From assembly GCA_026770705.1 (NCBI GenBank), contig JANJGN010000036.1, forward strand, positions 3,782,001 to 3,846,000: a stretch of 64,000 nt of DNA. Direction: 5' to 3'. Made by a program: the position numbers and the translations under genes. This stretch comes from Isurus oxyrinchus. Taxonomy: Eukaryota. This document shows positions 1 to 12,519 of this stretch, piece by piece. The notes under the pieces were generated by a model. The model ran no database searches. It saw only the letters and a program-made list of their open reading frames with translations, and was not told where the DNA came from. Position 1 is the stretch's first letter, and every line of letters begins with the position of its first letter.

Positions 1-7
1 CACTTAC

Positions 8-177
8 CTGTTTGTAAGCCAGGGCTGTCTGCTGTTTGCTCACTGATGCACTTAAGAAAGGAGACATAGAGGAGTCCAGGGTGGTTGATTCATCAATCAG
101 ATTATCCACAAAATGGTTAAATTGAAAATCAAACTGCTTCAACAAGTCTGTCTTTATTTCCAGAGGAAAATAAATTT
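8..177 (-). CDS. Putative internal exon of an unidentified flanking gene, (E)IYFPLEIKTDLLKQFDFQFNHFVDNLIDESTTLDSSMSPFLSASVSKQQTALAYKQ
   Basis: On the minus strand: acceptor ttgtctaatag| before 177, an open 170-nt frame (2 nt + 56 codons), and a strong donor CAG|GTAAGTG at 7-1. Not repeat-like. Product not recognised. Confidence 0.4.
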
Positions 178-223
178 CTATTAGACAAGGTTATATGGGA
201 TGGATGGGAATGTGGAACGAGAA

Positions 224-560
224 AATTCAATGACCCTGTCTCCACCAACTTCTGAGGCAGAGAATTCCATATTTGCACAACCCTCAGAGACAGTAACATC
301 CTCATCATCTCTGTCCTAAAAGGGCGACCCCTGATTTTGAAACAATGCCCCCTAGTTCTGGACTCACCCACAAGAGGAAACATCCTTTCCACATCCACCT
401 TGTCAAGGCTGTTCAGGATCTTGTTTGTTTCAATCAAATCACCTCTCACTCTTCTTAACTCCAGTGGAAACAAGCCCAGTCTCTCCAAGCTTTCTGTATA
501 AGACGAGCCGCTCATTCCAGCTATCTGTCCAATAAACCTCTTCTGAACAATCTTCAATGC
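224..560 (-). mobile_element. CR1 LINE 3' fragment (ORF2 C-terminus)
   Basis: ORF 129..557 contains LERLGLFPLELRRVRGDLIETNKIL...TRGHCFKI...VVQIWNSLP, typical of the CR1 ORF2 C-terminus. Confidence 0.9.
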
Positions 561-859
561 AACATTTTTAATCAGCTGTCACTGCATTTACTCCATATTT
601 TCACTACTATCAGAGAGAGATGTTTAAATGGGGCTCTCTGTACAGGGGTGGTAAACGTTGGCCTCTTGTACAACCCATGCTCTAGTAACCATGTTTGCTT
701 CATTCTTTCATGTGATGTTGGAGTCGCTGGCAAAGGCCAGCATGTCAGAGTGAACGGTCGCTGTAACTGATTGGTGGAGCTTCCTTCTAAGAGTAGTTGT
801 TAAATTGCACCACCATTCCCGACCGGGCTCAGAGGTATTACAGTGTACACACTATCTAC

Positions 860-1170
860 TCACAGGCAGCACTGCAACAACTCGCCAAGGCTGCCACTGC
901 CCAGAAAGACAAGAGCAGCAGATGCATAGGAAGATCTGCAAGTTCCACTCCAAGTCACACACCATCCTGACTTGAAATCTTTTCGTCGATTCGTCATTGT
1001 CGCTGGGTCAAAAACGTGGCACTCCCTAAGAGCAGTGTTGGTGAGACCACACCACATGGACTGCACCGGTTAATGGAGGCATCTTGCCTCCACCTTCTCA
1101 AATGGGAGCAAGGGGTCGGCGATATATTCTGCCATAGCCAATGACCCTCACATCCCGGGTATGAAGAAAT
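860..1170 (+). mobile_element. LINE-derived 3' tail repeat
   Basis: The motif ...caccatcctgacttg...gctgggtcaaaa...cacatccc recurs at ~3140-3440 (+), ~34005-34340 (-), ~38200-38660 (-), ~42600-43050 (-), ~49110-49375 (-) and ~57065-57310 (-). Confidence 0.7.
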
Positions 1171-3837
1171 AATATTTAATCGAGTCCTGCTTTGGTCAAA
1201 CGGATGAATGTTAGATTCTTACAAACTTTTCACTCACTGTCCCCCAGTTTCAGTGCTCTAAAGGGATTCCTCATAACAGGTCATCACATAGTTCCTCTGT
1301 CCAGCATGTACTGAATTCCCCCTGAGAAATATTTTCAATTAAATCCTAAAGCGGTTCTTCCGGAAAACCGGTAATATTCCTCTGGGAATGACGACCGTCA
1401 GGAACCTTTATTTCTGAGGTTAATAACAGGTTACAGGCATTTAAAACAGAGATGAGGCGATTTTTTTCTTTCTCTCAGAGCATCGTGAATGTTTAGAACT
1501 CTATTCCTGAAAAGGAGTTGAAAGCAGAACTTTTCGATATTTTTAAGGCAGAGGTGAATAGATTTTATGTGAACAAGGGGGAGATAGTTTACCGGAGGTA
1601 GATGGGATGCTGACTTCAGGTTTCTCTCAGATCATTCATGATCCTATTAAGTAGGTTCGAGGAGCCGAATGGCCTACTCCTGCTCCGTTTTTGTACGTTT
1701 GTTTATCCCCTCGCCATTCGGTATTGCCAAACGCTTTCTTATTGCAGCGCTTATTAAAAATCACCTCTGCTGCCACTAACAAGTGATAAAAAGGCTTTAA
1801 GCGAAATGTTTAGCAACCCGGATTGCAAATCAACAGAACAGAAGTGGTCATATTCCAGTTCAAAGAAAAAACTACCCAAAGACAGACGTCGGCCACCGTT
1901 GGTTTGTGTGAGTCGATTCCTCCCTGGGTATTTGCAATGGATCTACTCACTCAACGGCAGAATGTGAGAAAATGATCTCCGTCCAAACCTAGTAAAGAGA
2001 GGCCTCAGGTTCTTGTCTGTTTCTGACGCTGTTCAAGCGGCTGTTACATTCAGTCTGTGGAAAAATTCTAAAATAAGTTGCTTTTGCTGAAGTTGCTTGT
2101 CATCTTTGTTAGAAATTTGCTAACTAGGAACTGAGGTTCATTTGTAGGGGAACACAATCGAGAAGCAGAGAAGCTATGTTTTAATATACAAACTTTGCGA
2201 GAATGTAGTTTAATAGTATTCGGTATAACATGTTTTGTAAAGAGGTTGTGCAAGGTCCTAGATATAACTTTCTTAACACAAAGACTGGGGAAATGGAGGA
2301 TCTGTGTGTGGGTTGATTTGAATTTTCACTACTAGTCTAATATTCCTCATAACAAAACTCACGTGGAGATCACGTCTCCCCCCTCATTTTATAAACTGCT
2401 TATAAAGGCACTGACGAAGGGGCAAAGAAGATTTTTAATGATGATTCCAGAGGTGAGAGTGATAACGACCAGGAAAGTCTGAACAGCTTGGGACTCTTTC
2501 TGGAAAAGAGAAGGCGAGGGGTGAATTGATAGACACGTTAAAAGTTAAGACAGTGTTGCAGACGGTAAAGGTAAAGCAAGAGTTTTCATTTATGGGGACG
2601 GCAGAACGAAGTTTCACCATTATGAGAAATTCACTAACATCATCAATACGGAATTCAGGAGAAACTTCTTTAGCCTTAGAGTGGGGAGAATGTGGGGCTC
2701 CCTACCATAGAGAGTAATGCGGCTGAATAGCTGACATGCAATTCAGGGGGAAACTGAATAAACTCATGAGGGAGAAACGAATAGAAGCATATGTTAAGTG
2801 GCTGAGTTGAAGGGGGGGGGGGGGGGTGAGTGGAGGCTCGTGGAACAAACAGTACAACACAAAGCAAGTTGGGCCAGTTCCTCTTCTGTAAGTTCTATGC
2901 AAATCTACAAAATATAACATCCAAGGGGCTGAACATGTATAGCTAAAAAAAGTCATCACTATGCATTGAATTTTACAGTGAACTAATATGGCGGACATGA
3001 GGCTAGTAATTAAAATCCAAAACAACTGCACGCCGTTGATCCCATATTTCCGAGTCTCTGTGTGAAGCAGGTTGCAACACAATTTCTTACAAACGCTTCA
3101 CTGGATATATTGCACTGAGGAATATTACATTATATTCTGTATTCCTGGCTGTCACAGCACAAGCCCTCGATCTCTACCACCTTGAAAGAAAAGGATAGCA
3201 GGTTCTTGGGAACACCACCAGCTGCAAATTCCTCTCCAAACCAGACACCACACTGACTGAGAAATATATTTGCTTTCCTCCAGTCACTGGGTCTATATCC
3301 TGAAACACCTAACTTATAAGCCCATCCGAGTGTGCCTACAGCATGGTTCAAGAAGTCGTTTCACCAACTTCTCAAGAGGCAACTTAATATAGGTAATAAT
3401 TGCCAAGGATACTTACATCCCTAGTGGGACTTAAAAAAAATCAAACGTTAACGGAAAGCATTACTATTCAGCACAATGACAAATGCAGGCATCCACGCCT
3501 TTTGTTTTCTGCATCTCTTCCTGAAAGAAGCATCAGTAAAACTTTATTGATGATGTGAATGGCGGCCTCCTGTGCCATAAACGACTCCACAGCTTTCTAC
3601 ATTCTGGTATTTGCAGGTGTTTAATCCTGATGCACACAACCTGACCGCAAAAAGGTAAAATGCATGAGGCATGAGATCTATCAGCACACCGCAGGCTAAG
3701 TGGTTGACGCATCATTGTTCCCATCTCATTTGACAGTGCAGCAACTAACTGGAAGTGAGCTCAGGTCAGTCTGTGGGCACTTTCCCCACAGGACCAAACT
3801 CGTAAGGGCGCGTATAGAGAGAACTCAGCGCGTCAAG

Positions 3838-6815
3838 ATGCCCAAGACCTCTTTATCTCTGATGCTCATTTTCCAAGTGCTGCAGGTTTATGGTGAGTAA
3901 GAGGCGGAAGAGTATTTTAAACTGGAATCAGCCAGAATCAGTGTTTACTAAACTGAAAATATGACGCAGTGATCAGGCGAGGGGGTTTGACCTGATCTTG
4001 GATCTTTATTTTCTGATTCCACCTTCAAGTTAGAGAATAAATCTAAACTAGAATAATTAAAAACAACAGTGTGACCGTTCGTAAATTACAGGCGAAGTGC
4101 CTCAAAGCGACTGCATCCTGTATCTCAGTAAACAGTTGTAATGTAAGAATAATCCATATAATTACAGAATCCGAGCCCTCTCTGTCTCCGAGACCCTTCA
4201 CAATGATAGCTGAAGTCGGAGACACGGTGGAATTAGCCTGTCACCACATCTACGAAGTGGAATTCGTGTCTAGCTACTTCTGATACAAACAACGTGTGGG
4301 TGAAGCCCCAAATCTAATCGATAACCGATCCTGTCAGGGGGCCCATTGTAAGTTTATTCCTAAAAAATGCAACAGCAAATATGTATTAATCCTGGATATT
4401 CTCAATGTCCAGATGAATGACTCGGGATCCTACCACTGTGCTGATAAGGATGGCTAAGCACCGCTCCCGAATGGACCCACAGTACTGGTTGGAGGTAAGA
4501 GAGCATGCGAAATGAACACAGAACATGCATAGCTTCATCATTTGTTGCAGGTTAATCGATAACTGTGTCCCAATCCCTGTCCAGACAGTTCCACCAACAC
4601 GACAGCTGTGCTGGTTGTTATCCCACCGGGTGCGCTGCATTTGAGTGAATCCCCTTAGTGTGTTTGGTCAGTGGAGATTCTTCCAACTAGATTTTTATTT
4701 TCTGGAATATTTCCAGACTTGTCACTGAGGGACCAAGCGATACCGGTACAAAGGGTATGGACGGGACATACACTATCCGAAGTCACGTCATAGTGTCAAG
4801 GGAAAACTAGAGAAGCGGTGGCCGCTGTACTTGAATCGTTCAACTGGGATCTCTAGCAAAAACTGGGCCAGGAGCCCAGTGCCCCAAAGCAGGGTCAGGT
4901 TAGTTGGTGATCTGTTCAATGGAGGCTTCGTTTCAGAGTTGGCAGTAACCAAAGCCGGGGATGTGATAGTTTTGTATTCTATTTACACAAAGAGCCGGCA
5001 TACACAAGATGGGCCAAACTGCCCCAGTCCTTGGGCCGCAGCTATTCTGGAACTGTGGATGTGGGGACGAATTGTAATATTTCCAAATGTGTTAAAGACA
5101 CAACTCTAGTTGGGAACGTTATTTGTGAAGAGGATGCAACGAGGCTACAAGGGGGATTAGACAGGCCGGGGGAATTCACAAGGGAATGGCAGATGGAATA
5201 TAATGTCAACAAGTGTGAAGAATTCCGTTGTGGTAGCAAGAAAGAAAGCAGAAAGGTTAGAATGTCTTAAATGGTGGGATGTTGGAAAGTGTTCATGTAA
5301 AAAGGGACCGGAATGTTTTTCTTCACATGCCACTGAAAGATACCATGCACCTTCAGCAAGCTGCCGCAAGCAACTAGGCAGGTAAATAGTATTTTGGGCT
5401 TCATCGCAAGGGTATTTGAGTACAAGAGTGAAGATATCTTTTGTGCAATTGCATGCAGCCTTAGTGAGACCGCACCTGGAGTATTTTGTACAGTTTTGAT
5501 CTCCTTTTCTAAGGAATCATGCATTTACCATGGAGAGAGTGTAACAGAGGCTCACCAGGCTAATACCTGGTACTGCGGGATTGCCTGATGAGGAGTGATT
5601 GAGGGAACTGCGTCCGTCTTCTCTAGAGTTTGAAATAATGAGAGGTGATATAAATGAAAGTTACAATTTCTTACTGGGTGCTGCAGGGTTTCTGAGGATA
5701 GGATATGTTTTCTCCAGCCTGGTGGGTCTAGAGGTAGAGAACATGCCACCAATAAAGGGCGAGCCATGCATAACTGAGATGAGGAGGAATTTCTTCACTC
5801 AGACGGTGGTGAAGCTTTGGAATTCTGTATAACAGAGCTCTGTGAAAGCTCAGTCATTGAGCGTCATCAAGAAAGATGTCGATATATTTCTGGATGCTCA
5901 TGAGATCACGGGATATGGTGATAACGGGAAACGGTGAAAGAAATAGACGATCAACCATGCTCTATTTGAATGGAGCAGCAGGAACTCCTTTTCCCCTGTC
6001 CCTTCGCCCCTATGCCTCCACTTGTGTTGTGTCAGTCTGCCATTCTGTAATTCAGTTTTCAGATAGACATTGGTTGATGCTTTCATACTGATAACATCTG
6101 AATTATGGAGCTTTCCTTACAGCGCTGTCATTCCATTCATGTCAATGAGCAAACAATGTCACCTATCCTATTATGCGCGTCCATTCGTCGATATCAGTCC
6201 CTCTGGCTATTTCTTTTTTCATTTCATACCCGAATTTAATGTTCCGGTTTTTTAAAGGGTCACGTTTCCAATGAGAGAATCCCAGTAAATAATGATTTAA
6301 CCGAGCAGCAGTTTCTAAGTCTTGTGTCTTTGCAGGATGGTGCATTCCGGCACTAAACATTGTCAGAATGGTGGCGGCAATTCTAGTGCTACTTTTTACC
6401 ATCATATTAATTTGCACTCATAAACGCGGCAGATTAAGTGAGGGTTAATGTTTCTCGGAGCCATTTTCAGAATTGTTTCAACATGTGGTTTCCTTCTCTT
6501 AATTTAAATCACTAATTACAGTTTGTGGTTACAGAACAAACTACTCACGAGATCCCACAATGAAAGGTAAGAGAGTGAACCATTTGCAAAGTTTATCCCG
6601 AACACTCTATTTAACACTGGGCCAAACCCAGTTCAACACGAGCACTCGTTCCAATGATGTATGCTGACATGTTTCAGAACCTGTCCTGCCTTTCAGCCAT
6701 ATTCTGAATGACAATGTTCTATATAATTTCCAGTCTCAGGGTGGACATCTCCACGCCTCCCTGGACTTGGCTGCATTGGAAAAAGTGGTCATAAACGAAG
6801 GCTGGTGGCAGATGA
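3838..6815 (+). pseudogene. Type B VJ-C1-TM-ITIM IgSF receptor pseudogene (B1)
   Basis: Leader 3838-3892 (MPKTSLSLMLIFQVLQVY|gtgagt). V exon 4168-4494 (ESEPSLSPRP...LAC...YF*YKQ...SCQGAHC...NDSGSYHC...LPNGPTVLVG) with stops at 4281 (Trp codon) and 4455. C exon 4585-~4898 with a frameshift and stops. TM exon 6336-6437 (GWCIPALNIVRMVAAILVLLFTIILICTHKRGRL). Small exon 6535-6566. Last exon from 6734 (SQGGHLHASLDLAAL). Confidence 0.85.
5060..5990 (+). mobile_element. Degenerate CR1 LINE (RT C-terminal part) in the B1 intron
   Basis: Fragments such as LQGGLDR...WQMEYNVNKC, GFIARVFEYKS and MRRNFFTQTVVKLWNS in several frames. Confidence 0.85.
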
Positions 6816-8039
6816 GAATCTGGGTGATTTCTGACTCATGAATTAAGAAGGAGACAGGATTTTCCAAAGAACCGACAGCCTGGTGGAAATGAATAAGGAG
6901 CCAAGGAGATTCCTGTCAAGCAGTTAACCGATCCCCATGCACTCCTCAGAGTTACAAAGAAGGGTTCCTTTTTTTAAATATAAAAGAAGGTGTTTTGGGT
7001 ACCATTAAGGATAATCTTCTCTATTCATGTAATTCAGGAGTGAAGAAAATATTGAGCAAATAGGAGGGAATTTCCCGGATTGTATGAAACTTTTCTGCTG
7101 ATCTTGTGCCTCCAGTTAGTGACAGGTGTTGTTTCTTTGCAAATATCCTCATGTAAATAAAATGAATTATTCTTCGATGATAATGATGCACCATGTGTTT
7201 GTGTTGATCAATACAAGGAAAGTTCCCGGTAAAATACTTTCAGAATCCATCCCCCAGAAACTGCCTAATATATCGCTTTGGGATTTAAATGAACTCTTAT
7301 CTGCATTGCACCTGTTAGTGTGAATTTAGGTTGCATTATATGGTTACATGAAGCGGATCAAAGTGCACCAAGACGATACTGGGGTAAAAGGTTTGGTACA
7401 TAAACATTCCATTACATCCAGTGTAGAAGATTAAGGGCAGCTCGAATCAAGGTGTTTTAGCTGATCAAGTGTTTCAATAATGTCCATAGAGTGAAACGAT
7501 TTCCTCTGGTGGGTGGTGGATGGGGGAGTGGCCGGTGTCGGAGTGGGGGAGTCCAGATCAAAGTGGCAGAACATTAAACACAGAACCAGTCCGTTCAGGA
7601 GTGATTGCAGGAAAAACTTCTTCACACAAAGGGGACCAGAAATCTATGGTTGCCTCTCAGCAAAAAGCAAATGAGGATGTGGGTCAAAGTATTATTTTTA
7701 CAGTTAGGGGTGAAAGAGGTATGGAATGAAAGCAGACGGGTAAAGATAAGAAACTGATCACGCAAGATATAATTCAATGCTGGAACAGACTCGTGGGGCT
7801 GAATTGCCTCAGCAAAGAGTGACTGCACAAACAGAGATCAGCTTCGTGAATGGTTTCATGGGTAGAAAGAATTGGGATGTGGTTCATGTGAGTTGTTTGG
7901 AGAGGTGGTGCGGGTAGTGGCTGCGGTTGTTAAACTCTCTGAAATAATTTAACAAATTGTCATTGTCCTAATGGTTGAGAAGGACAGACCCTTCGCAGAT
8001 GGATGAAATGTAGCAGAATGACCTTTCCCAACTGCATCT

Positions 8040-8620
8040 CATTCGGTGGGTTGAGCTGAATAGCAGAGATGTATTTAAGGGGGTGAGGGTGGTGCGGAAG
8101 GTGTTGCTGGTTGTGTGGGGGTGAGGTGCTGGATGAACATATAAGGGAGACAGGAATGGAAGGATATGTAGGTGGGTTTAGATGAAGAGGGAGTGCATGG
8201 AACAGAAATGACAGGCCATCCAATGCCAAATAGGGCTGATAACGAAGATGTTACTGTTTATGCTGCCTCTTTGTTCTGTATAATGTACATGATGTTCTTC
8301 CAAACGGCAGGTGGCAGTGTGGTGGTGTAGAGGGCGGGAGGGTGAGAACTGGAACTACCTTGTTTAATGATTTGCCAACAGGACATGTTCGCTCTTAAAT
8401 GCGATGGCTTGGCCTAAATAGCCAAGTGGTTATGGTACTGGGTTTGTAACCCCAAAATCAAGAGTTCAAATCTCACACTGGCAAGCTATGAAACAATGTA
8501 ACTTCATCTGAAACAGATGGAAACGGGTTTGTACTCGGAAGAGTTGAATGCGATGTGATGCAAGTCCCCCTGCTGGACAAACGGAAATCTTGTATTTCTG
8601 TACCTCCCGTCCCCAGGATG
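8040..8620 (+). repeat. Direct duplication; partner at ~10655-11075
   Basis: Shared sequence gagctgaatagcagag...aaacggcaggtg(g/a)cagtgtggtggtgtagaggg...cctgctggacaaa in both places. Confidence 0.8.
8407..8546 (+). mobile_element. tRNA-derived SINE with 9-bp TSD (AATGCGATG)
   Basis: A box TAGCCAAGTGG, B box GTTCAAATC and anticodon-like arm ggg-tttgtaa-ccc. TSD at 8398-8406 and 8547-8555. The paralogous block near 10990 lacks the insert. Confidence 0.8.
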
Positions 8621-9279
8621 TTCCAAGCCTCCTCAAGTTCGTTTGGTCGTACCTGTGGAGAATGCATTTTCACAGCAGAGTCAGCTGATGTTAGTTCGGG
8701 AATGTTTATATCCGTTAGGAACAGGAAAAACAAATAATTCTCCATCAGGTTCAATAACCAACGCAACTATCCAGCAGTCATTACATCAAATGCTTCCTGT
8801 CCCGTTTATTAGTATTTCGTAAAGGAGAGATTTCATGGAAATATATCATATTATCTCAGAAGAATGCCATCGCAATTTTAGTCGCACAATTATCTGATAT
8901 TCTAATGTGAGGAGTGTGTTTTTGAACGGATGTAAAATATTAATGCAGGCAGCAAATCACTCTCAGTCACAACCAGCGGGTTCTGCTATAAACAGCAAAG
9001 ATTCTAACATTTATTGAGAGGTGTGCCATAAGATACCTGTTTCAGAGGGTCACCGGGCGTTAGCTGGGGTGTGGGAATAAACTGCACATTTAATGTGTCG
9101 GCACAGGCGTGACGGGCCGAATGGCCTCTTACTGTGCTGAAAGTGGCTGCGATTCTATGATTCTAGTCATTAAAATCTAGTGAAATGTTTTATCGACAGG
9201 GAAGCTGGATTGAACAATAATCTTCTTTCAAGAGTAAACTTAACATTTTTCACTCCCAGATCACAAATAGTGAAAGCTG

Positions 9280-10250
9280 GGGACGCACGATCAGGTCAGC
9301 TTTCAGATTGATGCAGCCTAAATCCCCAGCCAGTGTCTGAACTACCCTGTGAGTGCTTAAGTCCACTTCTCATCCGGACAGATTAACTCTGTAAATGTCT
9401 TTGTAAATTAACCTAAAAGACACCCTGAGCATACTTGCCCTGAACCATCAAAAGGCTGTAATCCAAATCTACCATTGGTTCTCAAATCTGTTTTAGTATA
9501 ACGGCAACTCAGAACCAGACGCATTGTAGATTTTATTTGAATTATATCATACCGACCTGCTGCATAAATGTGAAAATTGCATTTATAAAGAACCAATACA
9601 AGGATGCCGTGGAGCGAGACTGAAATGAAATTGCCACACTTAGACCAGCAGTCATACATGCTGTTTGAAAGAGCTATCCCATTATTCCGCACTCCCCCTG
9701 CTATTTCTCTCGTAACCGAACATATTTTTCCGCTTAAAATATTTATCCAACTCCCCTTTTGAAAGTGCTTATTGAATCTGCTTCCATCGCCTTTTCAGGT
9801 ACCGCCTTCCAGATCACAACAAGTTGCTTTGTAAGAAATAATCTCCTCATGTCCCCCTCTGGTTCTTTTGCCAATTAACGTCAATCTGTGTCCCCCTGGT
9901 TAGCGACCCTCTTGCCAATGGATTGAGTTTCTCCTCATTTACTCCGTCCAAGACTTTCTCCGCTCCATCTGAAGATGTCATAAAACCTCATCCTGGAATA
10001 AATGGATCAATCCACAGAAGGAAGATCAATGTATTTGACCCAGGAGATGAGGCTTTGAGCCCCGAAACTCACAGGTCTCGCTGTCGTTCTCCCGCAATGA
10101 AGGAGGTGTGAAATATGCAGACAGAATGGCTCTCCGTGTTTATTAATAGATGTACGACTGGTGTTGTAAAACAGTGCCAAAGTAAACAGCTCTCTGCGGT
10201 TTTCATGTTTATTACATGTCATAGTGCCGTCTAGCACAAGTTACCTGTTT
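9280..10250 (-). pseudogene. Hollowed type A gene remnant (A0): promoter, degenerate leader and intron-1 start joined to the 3' flank
   Basis: Minus strand 10250-9700 matches the A1/A2 promoter, leader and intron 1 (aataaacatgaaaaccgcagag...tctattaataaacac). Minus strand ~9600-9280 matches the A1 3' flank ~19800-20130 (atttaggctgcat...gaaagctg). No V, C or TM exon found between. Confidence 0.55.
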
Positions 10251-11089
10251 CACAAAATACACCAGCTATGTATTCATCTTGGTTAGACCACACTTGGAGT
10301 ACAAAACACATTTCACCATATTCTACGCAATATACTGAGGCACTAGGAAAGTTGCAGCAAAGATTTCACAAGAATGATATCAGAACTGTGAGGTTACAAC
10401 TATCAGGAAAGATTGAACAAACTGGAACTTTTTTCTCTAAAATAAGAGAAAATTGAGGAGTGACCTGACAGAGGTCTTTAAATATGTGAAATTGTTTTAA
10501 TTAGGCAGGCGACCGAGGATGGCTCTACGTCTGTGGGATTTATAAAAAAATATTTATCATCAATGGAAGATAGTCACTAATCAATGCAATTCGTAATTCG
10601 GGATAAACATCTTCACCCAGAGACTGGGTAGAATATGGAACTCACTCCCATAGGGACTCGCTGAGCTGAATAGCAGAGGATGCATTTAAGAGGGTTGGGT
10701 GGGGTAGGGGGTGCTTTGGGGAAGTGTGGGGTCGGGGGCTGCTGGATAAACATATAAGGGTGACAGGAATAGTAGGATATTTTGGTGGGTTTAGATGAAC
10801 AGGAAGTGGATGGAATGTAAATGATAGGCTATACAGCGCGCATAGGACTGATCTGTAAGATTTTGCTGTCATTGCTGCCTCTTTGTCCTGTATAACGTAC
10901 ATGATTCTCTTCTAAACGGCAGGTGACAGTGTGGTGGTGTAGAGGGTGGGAGCCTTGTTTATTGATTAGCTAAAAGGACACGTTCGCCTTGACTGCAATG
11001 TGATGACACTAGCCCTGCTGGACAAATTAAAGTCTTGTATTTCTATCACTCCCGTCCCGCCCCCTGAATGTTCCAGAGGTCACGGCACT

Positions 11090-12510
11090 GTCGCAGATAG
11101 ATGAGAGGAAATAGACCTGTGCACAACAACTTTGAGTCTGCACCTCATTAAATGCCAGTGCGTCAGATCAAACATGGGCACGAAAACCCCTACTGATTAC
11201 CACCGACCAAGCCCCCTCGCTTCTCCATGTTGAACAGCACCTGGAGGAAGCTCCGGGAGTGATGAGGGCTCAGACTATACTCTGGATAGCAGACTTAAAT
11301 GTTCCTCACTAAGAGTGGCTCTGAAGCACTACGATTAACCTGACTGATCTGAAGGACATAAGTGCAAGCCTGGGCCTGGGACGGTTTGCGAGTGAACCAA
11401 CAGGAGGAAAAGACCTAGCAGACATGGTACTCACCAGAATATGCATCTCTCGGTGACAGTATAAGTAGGGGTTATCATCCACAGTCCTTGAAGCCCCGTC
11501 TTCATGCTACACGCACTTACCATCATGTTGTTAATCATTAAAACGGTGGTAAATTCGATAGACTTGGATTAGATCTAGGCACCCATTTACTAACACATCA
11601 TAACATTCAAGTCTATGGGCTAAGTGCTGGAAAAAGGGTTTAGGGAGTTACACGTGCTGGTGTAGACTCGATTGGCCGAAGTGCCTCATCTGCACTGTGT
11701 GTTTCTGTGATTCTCTGAACCTCTCAACTGGGCACAAACGAGTCGTTGTCGTCCACAAGCGGCAGCAGAATTGTATCCAACCACGATCTGTAACCTCATG
11801 GCCCGGTGTATACCCTGTTATACAATTGCCATCAATTTAATTAATCAACTCTGGTCAATGAGGAGTGTGGAAGGGCATGACAGGAGCAGCAGCAAGCCAA
11901 CGTACCAATGTGGTGCCAGACTCATGAACTGACAACAGAGGCCTGCTTGCATGTCAAAGAGCGGAAGGATCATGCAGTAGATTCTAGCACTCTGCAGTCC
12001 TGCCCCATCTAGCCGTGAATTGTGGTGGGCAATTTAACAACTATTCATAGGAGGAAGCTCCACCAATTTCCTCATCCTCAGTGAAGGGGAGCCCAGCACA
12101 GTGGTGAAAAATCACAGTAAAAGACATGGTTAACGCATTTGCAAACATCTTCAGCCAGAAGTGCCGAGTGGATGACCAATCTTGGCAGCCTCCAAAAGTC
12201 CCCAGCATTGCAGATGCCTATTCATAGCGACTTTGATGCACTTGGCAGGAGATAAAGAAATGGGTGAATACGGTGGATAATTCAAATTCTCTAGACATTG
12301 GCAAAATCCCGGCAGTAAGCTGAACTCCCCAGAACGACCACACCCCAGCCACGTTGTTTGGACACAACTGTCACAAATGCCATCTCTCCGCAGTGTCGAA
12401 AATGCCAAGGGATGCCTTGTCCTCATAAAGTGGGATAAACCCAACCTAGCAAATTTCAGCTTCCTATCCATCATCAACAATGTGATGGAAGGTGGCATCG
12501 ACCGTGCTCT
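11090..12510 (+). mobile_element. Degenerate LINE (endonuclease to RT region) with a nested CR1 3' end at ~11600-11715
   Basis: Decayed APE/RT-like coding remnants. The nested piece matches the CR1 3' end at 14630-14760. Confidence 0.55.
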
Positions 12511-12519
12511 CCAGTGGTA

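Noticed and set aside
8410-8482. Functional tRNA-Thr gene
   Set aside because: Stems are poorly paired, the sequence is flanked by TSDs with an extra tail, and it is absent from the paralogous block. It is a SINE head.
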